35,437 nt of DNA, from NCBI GenBank assembly GCA_013415575.1, contig JAAEES010000009.1, forward strand, positions 1-35,437, given 5' to 3'. The position numbers and the translations under genes are program-made. Below the pieces are notes generated by a model. That model saw only the letters and a program-made list of their open reading frames with translations, was not told where the DNA came from and did no database searches. Positions 8,641 to 16,255 of this stretch are shown piece by piece (position 1 is the first letter of the stretch; each line of letters starts with the position of its first letter). Source of the stretch: Methanomicrobiales archaeon. Its GTDB lineage: Archaea > Halobacteriota > Methanomicrobia > Methanomicrobiales > Methanospirillaceae.

Positions 8641-9401
8641 GGGTCATCCTTAAAACCCGGCCGCGGGCAAAACCGAAGATCCCCATCGAGGCAGAGACCA
8701 TCATCCCCCAGAATTTTCTCCGGAAGAACGATGTCCGCGTCTACGAGGGGAACAAGGAACGGAAGCTTGAGGATCTCTTTTACATAACGATTGAGGGTCC
8801 GGCTGTCTCCCCCGATCAGGTGGAAGTAATCCTGACCGGAGACACCGGAGTCATCAAGCGGGTCGGCGAATACATGAACGCCGGGCGGATCATCGTTGAG
8901 GGGGATATTGGCATGCACTGCGGCAATTTCATGAGTGCCGGGGAGATCATCATCCGGGGCAATGCCGATTCCTGGCTCGGCCGTGAGATGCGGGGCGGAG
9001 TTATCCGTTGCGAGGGAAACGCAGCCCACTATTGCGCAGCCGGCTACCGTGGAGAAAAGAGGGGAATGCGGGGAGGGACGGTCGAAGTGCTCGGGAATGC
9101 CGGGGATTTCGCTGCCGAATATCTCTGCGGCGGAGATGTGCTCATCCACGGGAACTGCGGGGATCTCCCGGCGGTGGAGATGCGGGGCGGAACCCTGACC
9201 ATCGGTGGCGATTGTCATCGCCCCTGTGGTAATATGACCGGCGGGACCTGCCGGATCTTCGGCGCAGCACACCAGTTCCTTCCGACGTTCAGGAAGAATG
9301 GATCGGAAGAGATGGAGTATGCCGGAAAGCAGCATCGAATGGCCGTGTACCGTGGCGATGTTGCCAACCGTGGGAAGGGAACGGTTCTGATCAGAACGTA
9401 A
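8637..9401 (+). CDS. fwdC: Formylmethanofuran dehydrogenase subunit C
   Basis: IPIEAETIIP followed by repeated GxxMxxG beta-helix motifs. Confidence 0.93.
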   Translation: MRVILKTRPRAKPKIPIEAETIIPQNFLRKNDVRVYEGNKERKLEDLFYITIEGPAVSPDQVEVILTGDTGVIKRVGEYMNAGRIIVEGDIGMHCGNFMSAGEIIIRGNADSWLGREMRGGVIRCEGNAAHYCAAGYRGEKRGMRGGTVEVLGNAGDFAAEYLCGGDVLIHGNCGDLPAVEMRGGTLTIGGDCHRPCGNMTGGTCRIFGAAHQFLPTFRKNGSEEMEYAGKQHRMAVYRGDVANRGKGTVLIRT

Positions 9402-9501
9402 TGGTATCTGCCGTCCGAAAGGCCCTGCAGAGATGAGAGCGCGGCCCCTGGGGTTTCAGACAGGGATATTCAGAAAAAAGGAAACGTATCGGAAATGACC
9501 T

Positions 9502-9657
9502 CTATGCCTCTGCCACGTCCTCGGACTGGCAGGAGGGGCACATCGGCCGTTTGCTCACGCTTATGAATTTTTCTCCGCATTCTTTACATTTGTAGTCCTT
9601 GCCCTTCACCCGGTCAGGGGGTATCTCCATATCAACCGGTCCTCCGACTGTGCACAT
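9502..9657 (-). CDS. Small zinc-ribbon protein (51 aa), not in the ORF track
   Basis: MCTVGGPVDMEIPPDRVKGKDYKCKECGEKFISVSKRPMCPSCQSEDVAEA*; CxxC...CPxC; GGTGA SD at 9665-9669. Confidence 0.75.
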   Translation of the reverse strand: MCTVGGPVDMEIPPDRVKGKDYKCKECGEKFISVSKRPMCPSCQSEDVAEA

Positions 9658-9752
9658 CGAATAGTCACCTCAGTAAGATGCATTGGTAAGAATCCTAATA
9701 AGTATATGCACTTCAGTCCAAGGATATGAGCTGAAATAAAAAAGAGAGAAGG

Positions 9753-10553
9753 CTACCTGCCGTTTTTCAAGATCATCAGCATGGCTGTGAGGAGGATACC
9801 ACAGAGGGGTGCCGCAGGAGAGATTGGGACAGCAGTCGGTGTTCCGGTTGCGGCGGTGTCCGGTATGGCAGTTTCTGTCGGACTGGTCTCCGCTGGGGCG
9901 GGGGTTTCTGCAGACAGGAGCACGACATCCACCCTTACCGTATCGCCCGCAGCGAGATCGACGGTATTTTCTGCGGGGAGATATCCGCGCAACTCGATGA
10001 GTACCTGGTAGGTTCCTGGAAGGAGATCCGGGAGGTCGAGAGGCGTGTTTCCGGAATACTGCCCGTTAACCGTCACCTGCGCACCCGGAGGAGTAGAGAG
10101 TACTTCGATGCGGCCATTGGTTACCGGCCGGGAAAGGATGATATCGATACTTGAGTACGGAACTCCTGAAAGTGCATCCCGTGCCACCGGCATCGTTGCT
10201 GCATACACCGTGTACTTTCCTGCCGCGAGACCTCCTGAGACCCGTCCTGTCCGCCAGGTATAATTCCAGCGATCCAAAGTAACATCGACCTGGGTGAAGG
10301 TCTCCGGCTCCCCGGTGATTACCGGTGAGATGCTGCTGTCCATCCGCGATCCGTCTGATGGAACTCCCGGGCCGGTCATGAACAGGTACACTCTGCCGGC
10401 TCCGATCGATGTTCCTGAAAGGGGTATACTATCGCCGATCTCTGCTTCCCGTGGTTCTGCTGCGGCATTCCCGGGGATCACTACCGTAAGAAGGATACAG
10501 AGCAGGATACAGGACACGATTGGTCGTGTACGTTCATGGGTCATCATTGTCAC
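9753..10553 (-). CDS. PEGA domain cell-surface protein
   Basis: Signal peptide, STPPGAQVTVNGQYSGNTPL PEGA motif, Thr/Pro linker, C-terminal TM and basic tail. The start may be the ATG at 10547 or 10544. Confidence 0.85.
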   Translation of the reverse strand: MTMMTHERTRPIVSCILLCILLTVVIPGNAAAEPREAEIGDSIPLSGTSIGAGRVYLFMTGPGVPSDGSRMDSSISPVITGEPETFTQVDVTLDRWNYTWRTGRVSGGLAAGKYTVYAATMPVARDALSGVPYSSIDIILSRPVTNGRIEVLSTPPGAQVTVNGQYSGNTPLDLPDLLPGTYQVLIELRGYLPAENTVDLAAGDTVRVDVVLLSAETPAPAETSPTETAIPDTAATGTPTAVPISPAAPLCGILLTAMLMILKNGR

Positions 10554-10571
10554 CCAGGGAGGCCTCCCTGA

Positions 10572-10763
10572 TTAGTCAAAAAGGTGGGCGCTGAACCGTT
10601 GTGACGATGAACGCTCCTCAGTTTTCCTTGCACCAGATGGCGGGGGCACTTTTCCCTGCATTCCCGTGAACAGGAATGAACAGGTGCCGGAATCCTCGCG
10701 GAATACCATGCATTGTTCGCCGATACAGGGTTTCTTGTCAAACGGGCACAATTTATCGGTCAT
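10572..10763 (-). CDS. Small Cys-rich hypothetical protein (63 aa)
   Basis: MTDKLCPFDKKPCIGEQCMVF...TCSF; AGGAG upstream; co-oriented with its neighbours. Confidence 0.7.
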   Translation of the reverse strand: MTDKLCPFDKKPCIGEQCMVFREDSGTCSFLFTGMQGKVPPPSGARKTEERSSSQRFSAHLFD

Positions 10764-10778
10764 GAGTGGGCTCCTTTC

Positions 10779-11044
10779 CTATCGGCTTCTCCAGGTATTC
10801 CGGGAGATCGCTGAACGCCACGATCGCCGGGCACGGGTGAATATGCCCCTTACCCCGGGCTTGTCTCTCCATTTCGCAATGAGCATGGCTCTCTGGTCGA
10901 TCATGGATGGCTGAACATAAGGGAAGGGAAAAAATATAGCTATCGGGGTGATGCCTGATCGTATCAGCAGGCGACAAAAAGCTGGATGACCGGGACGCAC
11001 GAGAATAACAGAATCGCAGCGGCCATCAGGGTGGTTTCCTTCAT
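10779..11044 (-). pseudogene. Possible frameshifted small membrane protein
   Basis: ATG 11044 after GGAGG gives MKETTLMAAAILLFSCVPVIQLFVAC*. A second frame continues CRLLIRSGITPIAIFFPFPY...WRSR* to 10779. The frames join at the A5 run 10976-10980. Confidence 0.35.
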
Positions 11045-11118
11045 GGGAGTCCTCCGTTTCACGCAGGAAAGAATGGCAGGAGTGGTTAAAAATTAGGTGG
11101 ATGGTGACGGTTCAAAGG

Positions 11119-11931
11119 TCATTTTCCGGAGTTTGTTCTGGCAAGGCGCTCCACGGTCTGCTCCGAGTAGGAATATACCCTGATGGTGTCGATCAGTGCC
11201 GGGCCATATATCCGGTGAGATCGGTTACCGATCACCAGGTAGAGACCTGAATCCGACGGGGCAATCTGTTGTTCAGTCCGGTGGGAAAGTTTTCCATCCA
11301 CATAGAAATCTACGGTGCGATCAGGACGTATCACCACCGTATACCGGTGCCATTCACCGAGATCCTCATCCACGATCCTGGTATCCCATTCGTATTTTCC
11401 GGATTCGTTCATGATGCCGAAGTCCCGGTAGGCATGCCCCCTCTCCTCTGGTGGATTGCCCCAGCATGCCTCCCCGATGACCCGGTAAGAAACCTGCATG
11501 ACCGCCCCGCCCCCGGCTTCCTCTCTCGCAAGACGGAACAGCCCGTCAACCCAGCACCCGTCTGTATGGGAGTCGTTCAGGTATAGATCGCACTGGAGGA
11601 TCAAGCCGTCAGAATAATCGAATCTGGTCGTCGAAACCGCAAAATTGTCCCAGAGATCATCGCCGCGGCTGTCAAAACAGGGCGGTGGATTTCCCAAATC
11701 ATCCCTGATCATGGGTTGCGGGTTCCCGATCAGGATCCATCCGGACAGCCCCTGGTCAAAATCTTCGGAGCAGATGAGACCATCCGTCACCGGTCCGGGG
11801 TCGTCTCCCATGATGCCCCCGGACGGGAGGGAGAGTGAACCGGCCGTGATACTCACCATGAGTACATATGCGATAATACCCAGTGCAAAGATCACCCCCA
11901 CTGCAGTAACAAGTGAATCCCTCTCCCTCAC
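11119..11931 (-). CDS. Membrane-anchored LamG/concanavalin A-like domain protein
   Basis: N-terminal TM; GEWHRYTVV...VDFYVDGKL and LIDTIRVY motifs; GGAGG upstream of the GTG. Confidence 0.7.
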   Translation of the reverse strand: MRERDSLVTAVGVIFALGIIAYVLMVSITAGSLSLPSGGIMGDDPGPVTDGLICSEDFDQGLSGWILIGNPQPMIRDDLGNPPPCFDSRGDDLWDNFAVSTTRFDYSDGLILQCDLYLNDSHTDGCWVDGLFRLAREEAGGGAVMQVSYRVIGEACWGNPPEERGHAYRDFGIMNESGKYEWDTRIVDEDLGEWHRYTVVIRPDRTVDFYVDGKLSHRTEQQIAPSDSGLYLVIGNRSHRIYGPALIDTIRVYSYSEQTVERLARTNSGK

Positions 11932-12066
11932 GCCCGACCTCCGCTGACGACGGTTGTACTTCTAGCTAATTTGGCATGAAAACGTATAGCCGTTATGAAA
12001 TCGTTCTGCTTTCTCCCTGCGGATCTTCCGGGTGGCGTGGTGACCGGGGGACCCGGGGCCGGGGTA

Positions 12067-13254
12067 TCACGAGAGCCCGGAGATCTTGGCGATCAGGCGT
12101 CTGACAGGGCCGGGGCGGATAACAATCGATCCCGCAGGGCAGATCTCATGGCAGCAGTAGCATCGGATGCAGTTCTCCCGCATGAGTTCCGGAACCCCCT
12201 CGTGCAGGGTGAGGGCACCCACCGGGCATATACGGGCACAGCGACCGCAGTGCTGGCAGTGATCCGGTTGAAAAGAGGGATACGGAGTATAAACCCCGCC
12301 GAGCCGGTGCAGGAGAGAGAGGAGCATGCTCCGCTGCATCCCTCTCCCCGATCCCTGGTAGGTTGAAGGGAGGCGGACCCCCTGCCCCTGCAGCGCTTTG
12401 GGAGGATTTCCAACGAGTGAAATCTGGTCGGGAATGCTACCGGGAAGGCCGCGCTCACGGGCGGTCCTAAGGGTGGGGACGTCAGCGGCAGGGATTCCCA
12501 TCATTTTGCAAGCGACCTGATCGAGAGCAGTTGCGCTCCCGCCTGCCAGGAGCGCCTCCACCAGCCGCGGGGTTCCGGATGAAGGGCCATCCCCTTCCAT
12601 GACCATCACCGCGTCCATGACCTGAAGCGAAGGCCGCAGGAGATCGTTCAGGTCGAGGATCATCCCGGCAAAGTGGTCCGGATCCTGAAACCGGGCATGG
12701 TGGAGGGGTTTTTCCAGACCGGGAAGAACTCCGAACAGGTTCTTTGCACCTCCGGAATAGAGAGTCCAGAGGTGGGTCTTGGCCTTTGAGACCACGATGA
12801 TATGATCGGCATCGAGTGCCGGTGCTATCACCGGGAAGCTCTTCGCCAGGAGGCCGGCAGGGTGGGAGACGGTGCGGTATCCGGTATCGTAATTAAGCTC
12901 CGCACCGGTATCACGGGCAACTGCTTCATACCCGGCAGCCGCATACAGTCGTCTGAGGTTAGCCGGGGTATATCGTATCCCGCCCCCGGGGCTGTCAGCA
13001 ATGATCACCCGGCACCCAAGATCTCTACAGATGAGCGATACGGCCCGTACAACCTCAGGATGGGTGGTCACGCACCGTTCTGGCGGAAGCCCCTGGAGGA
13101 GATTCGGTTTGAGGAGCACCCGGCTCCCCGGACTGATGAAGGTGGTGATTCCACCCAGCGCATCAATTGCCTTCCTGACGGCGGTCTCAACCTCTTCCCG
13201 GTTGTACGAGCCGCACGCTACACAGGATACGACTTCCTTCTCTCTACCGGCCAT
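12067..13254 (-). CDS. DUF362 domain protein with C-terminal 2x[4Fe-4S]
   Basis: VLLKPNLL, TTHPEVV, KTH, KNLFG and MEGDGPSSG; CQHCGRCARICP and CIRCYCCHEICP. Confidence 0.88.
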   Translation of the reverse strand: MAGREKEVVSCVACGSYNREEVETAVRKAIDALGGITTFISPGSRVLLKPNLLQGLPPERCVTTHPEVVRAVSLICRDLGCRVIIADSPGGGIRYTPANLRRLYAAAGYEAVARDTGAELNYDTGYRTVSHPAGLLAKSFPVIAPALDADHIIVVSKAKTHLWTLYSGGAKNLFGVLPGLEKPLHHARFQDPDHFAGMILDLNDLLRPSLQVMDAVMVMEGDGPSSGTPRLVEALLAGGSATALDQVACKMMGIPAADVPTLRTARERGLPGSIPDQISLVGNPPKALQGQGVRLPSTYQGSGRGMQRSMLLSLLHRLGGVYTPYPSFQPDHCQHCGRCARICPVGALTLHEGVPELMRENCIRCYCCHEICPAGSIVIRPGPVRRLIAKISGLS

Positions 13255-13524
13255 TCATTCACCCCACGCCGTGGCGGTGCGGGACTGATGTGCAAACAGG
13301 AAGCAGCCGCCGAGGAAATAGGCGATGGGAATGGTCCAGAGAGGGTATGCCACCAGGAAATAGATTTCAGCACAACCGAGAACGAGCCGGGCCCCTGCGG
13401 TGTCGTTACCGAATGCGGCCATGAATGCAGCACCATACACTCCGGCGGTGACTACCAGATAGATGAGCACCCCGCAAAGACCGCCCCTGATATTGCTTAT
13501 GGCATCTTTGACACAGGTATGCAT
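13255..13524 (-). CDS. Small hypothetical membrane protein
   Basis: 89 aa with two hydrophobic segments; its stop abuts the ATG of the DUF362 gene. Confidence 0.5.
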   Translation of the reverse strand: MHTCVKDAISNIRGGLCGVLIYLVVTAGVYGAAFMAAFGNDTAGARLVLGCAEIYFLVAYPLWTIPIAYFLGGCFLFAHQSRTATAWGE

Positions 13525-13670
13525 ACCTGATCTCTCATTGCACCTGATGGCAAAAAAGAGATCTCATCTCCGGTCTCGAAACCGCTCCGTGTTCCTGCGT
13601 TCGTTCCGGCCGGCCCGTTTAAATCCGGAGAAGCTGATGTTCTGGAAGGAAACCCGGCAGGGATGAGCGG

Positions 13671-14255
13671 ATGAGGTATCACGATGAGCGGTCACGGCGT
13701 TCATGGCAGAACCCTGAAAAGATACTCGTCCGCACCGGACTTGGCCCCGGAGACACCATGATTGATATCGGTTGCGGTGAGGGATTTTTTACCCTCCCGG
13801 CTGCCCGGTTAGCCGGCAGCAGCGGGAAGATCATCGGGATAGATATCAACGGGAGCGCCGTCTCACGGATGCTGGAGCAGGCCCGGAAAGAAGGGCTTGG
13901 CAATGTAGACGGAATTGTCGGAAGCGGTGAGGAGACCCTTGCCTGTGAAGGCTGCGCAGACCTGATTTTCTTCGGCATTGATCTCCATGATTTCTCGGAT
14001 CCGAAGAAAGTCCTCCAGAATGCCCGCCGGATGATCAAACCTGGCGGCACGCTCTGCAACCTGGACTGGCAGAAGAGGGAGACACCCTTCGGCCCACCGG
14101 TCAGCATACGATTCGATGAGGAGACCGCGGCAGCACTGATCCGGGAAGCAGGGTTTACGATACTGCGTATTGAAGAGATCCCTCCCTGGTTCTACCTCAT
14201 CACGGCAGACCCGTGCGTCGCCAATCCGGTCTGGAGGGACCCAGGATGTTTATAG
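13671..14255 (+). CDS. Class I SAM-dependent methyltransferase
   Basis: [10 protein letters not shown] motif I, LHD, IKPGG and [12 protein letters not shown]. Confidence 0.88.
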   Translation: MRYHDERSRRSWQNPEKILVRTGLGPGDTMIDIGCGEGFFTLPAARLAGSSGKIIGIDINGSAVSRMLEQARKEGLGNVDGIVGSGEETLACEGCADLIFFGIDLHDFSDPKKVLQNARRMIKPGGTLCNLDWQKRETPFGPPVSIRFDEETAAALIREAGFTILRIEEIPPWFYLITADPCVANPVWRDPGCL

Positions 14256-14684
14256 CGGAAAAAATTTCAGTGAAGCGGAATTCATGCAGTAGCGCTTTCC
14301 GTCCGGCGGTGGGCCATCATCAAAGACATGACCGAGGTGGGCTTCACACCGGGCACAGAGCACTTCAGTTCGGATCATTCCAAAACTCCGGTCGGTTTCG
14401 GTCCTGATATTGTGCTCATCGACAGGTGAGGAAAAACTCGGCCAACCGGTCCCGGAATCAAATTTGGTATCAGAATGGAAGAGATCAGTGCCGCAACAGA
14501 CACACCGGTACAGCCCGGTGCCATGGAAGTCATGGTATCTGCCGGAGAAGGCCGGTTCCGTCCCCTTCTTCCGTGCGACCCGGAACTCCTCATCGGTGAG
14601 GATCTCCCGCCATTCGGCATCACTCTTCCGGATTGTATCACGGTCTTCGAGTTCACCAGTTTGTGCGTTGTAGATGATGACCAT
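14250..14684 (-). CDS. msrB: Peptide methionine-(R)-sulfoxide reductase MsrB
   Basis: [33 protein letters not shown] and RYCMNS; start set to the ATG at 14684. Confidence 0.95.
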   Translation of the reverse strand: MVIIYNAQTGELEDRDTIRKSDAEWREILTDEEFRVARKKGTEPAFSGRYHDFHGTGLYRCVCCGTDLFHSDTKFDSGTGWPSFSSPVDEHNIRTETDRSFGMIRTEVLCARCEAHLGHVFDDGPPPDGKRYCMNSASLKFFPL

Positions 14685-14748
14685 GCTCACTCCGCCGCTC
14701 AATCATGCTCTGATCCAATTCTCCGATAAAGGTGAATGACGGGGGGGG

Positions 14749-15609
14749 TTATCCCTTCCTGAATACGAGGAATGCGCATCCCGCAAGTGCAGCAAACAGC
14801 ACCACGGGAGAGAGGCCTGCCCTGCCGGTTTGAACAGAAGGAACGAGTGCTGCCGATACGGTGTTCCCCTCCCCGGTAATAGTGATTACCTGGCTGAAAT
14901 CGGTATAACCATCCAATGTTATCAGGAGCAGGTGATCACCCGTTGTAACATCAGCAACGGTCAGGGGGGTCATCCCGATCATCTGTCCGTCAAGATATAC
15001 ACTGGCTCCCGGGGGATCAGAGGATATGGTCAGGGGTCCGGAGACCGGTTTCTGGAGGGTGACCGGAACCTTCTTCAGCTCATTCTTCTCCACGAAGATC
15101 TCCATGGTCTGGGTGGCATACCCCTCTTTCGAGACCCGGATGGCATGGTTACCGGGGACGACATCGCGGATGATGAAAACCCCGCTGGGTGGAACGGTTC
15201 CTGCTTCAGTCCCGTCGAAATAAACGGTGGAGAGGGTGGGGGTTACGAGCAGGTGGAGGGTGCCGTACTCGATTAGCGGCAGGGCCGAGAGCTTTACATA
15301 GATATCAATGACCTGGCCTTTTCCCGGGACCGACGTGATCGCCCCCGTATAGGTCTTATAGCCATCTTTTTCAATGGTGAATGTCCGGTACGGCGTTCCG
15401 GTCACATAGACCGGCACATCCAGCATCCCTGCAGCGATCTCCCCTTTATAATCGCCATCGAAGTAGACTTTAGCCCCATCCACATTGCAGTGGATACGGT
15501 AAGTACCCATATCGCCTCCTATGGGCTCATCAGGTTGCGCACCGGCGGTTCCAGCGACCAGAACAAGCGAGAAAATCGCTACTGCAACAGGAAGAGAGAA
15601 TTTTTTCAT
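14749..15609 (-). CDS. Multi-PEGA domain cell-surface protein
   Basis: Signal peptide, three PEGA-like repeats (e.g. SSDPPGASVYLDGQMIGMTPL), C-terminal TM followed by RKG. Confidence 0.87.
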   Translation of the reverse strand: MKKFSLPVAVAIFSLVLVAGTAGAQPDEPIGGDMGTYRIHCNVDGAKVYFDGDYKGEIAAGMLDVPVYVTGTPYRTFTIEKDGYKTYTGAITSVPGKGQVIDIYVKLSALPLIEYGTLHLLVTPTLSTVYFDGTEAGTVPPSGVFIIRDVVPGNHAIRVSKEGYATQTMEIFVEKNELKKVPVTLQKPVSGPLTISSDPPGASVYLDGQMIGMTPLTVADVTTGDHLLLITLDGYTDFSQVITITGEGNTVSAALVPSVQTGRAGLSPVVLFAALAGCAFLVFRKG

Positions 15610-15795
15610 GGTTTATCAGTCCGATATACTGTATGGGTTTTTTTGGCGGTATTTAAATCTATCAATGCTTTTCTGGCGAAAAGGAGCCCTCCCCGTCTTT
15701 CCGGGATACGGCAGAGCCGGGGGAGGAGGCTGGGGAGGGAAAAAAGCGATTCATTCAAGAGATGACACGGTCATTACCCTCTTTCAGAGAGAACC

Positions 15796-15963
15796 ATGAC
15801 ACCACACGCAGGAAGGGGTCACGGGAGAGACCAGTGGAACGGTGAAGGGAGCCCCCGACGCTGTATCTGTCCCAACTGCAGGTATGAACGTGCCCGCCCG
15901 CCGGAAGTCCCCTGCTATGTCCTGAAGTGCCCCCGTTGTGATTCACCGATGACAGATCTCTGA
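15796..15963 (+). CDS. Small six-Cys protein (55 aa), not in the ORF track
   Basis: MTPHAGRGHGRDQWNGEGSPRRCICPNCRYERARPPEVPCYVLKCPRCDSPMTDL*; CxCPxC-x11-C-x4-CPxC pattern. Confidence 0.72.
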   Translation: MTPHAGRGHGRDQWNGEGSPRRCICPNCRYERARPPEVPCYVLKCPRCDSPMTDL

Positions 15964-16015
15964 AAGATGCCGGGACGGGAACACGGGGAAAGACGCAGAA
16001 AAAAATGAACTAAGA

Positions 16016-16088
16016 GGCCAGGGCCGAGACTCGAACCCGGGTCGGGGGATCCACAGTCCCCTAGGATGACCAACTACCCCACCCTGGC
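16016..16088 (-). tRNA. tRNA-His (GUG)
   Basis: Reverse complement GCCAGGGTGGGGTAGTTGGTCATCCTAGGGGACTGTGGATCCCCCGACCCGGGTTCGAGTCTCGGCCCTGGCC folds as a cloverleaf; anticodon GTG; C73. Confidence 0.96.
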
Positions 16089-16118
16089 AGGATATACCCG
16101 GATACATTGGATTTCGCG

Positions 16119-16131
16119 ATATATAATATAT
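16119..16131. promoter_or_regulatory. TATA-box region shared by the divergent tRNA-His and aIF5B genes
   Basis: ATATATAATATAT about 30 nt upstream of the tRNA 5' end. Confidence 0.55.
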
Positions 16132-16255
16132 GACCATCCGGATGCGCCGGACTGTGGTGCCGGTATCGCCAGCTCTTCCTCTGCCCGAGCTATCACTAGC
16201 ACCCTCCGGCACCCGATATCTCTCCGGGTTATAGTCAAAGGCAAGGTGGTTTCCA

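Noticed and set aside
6910..9335. Long antisense ORFs opposite fwdA/fwdC (similarly opposite secF and rtcB)
   Set aside because: Shadow ORFs of GC-rich coding strands with no recognisable motifs.
9402..9480. Possible riboswitch or structured RNA after fwdC (CCGAAAGG)
   Set aside because: Only short, imperfect stems; indistinguishable from chance in GC-rich DNA.
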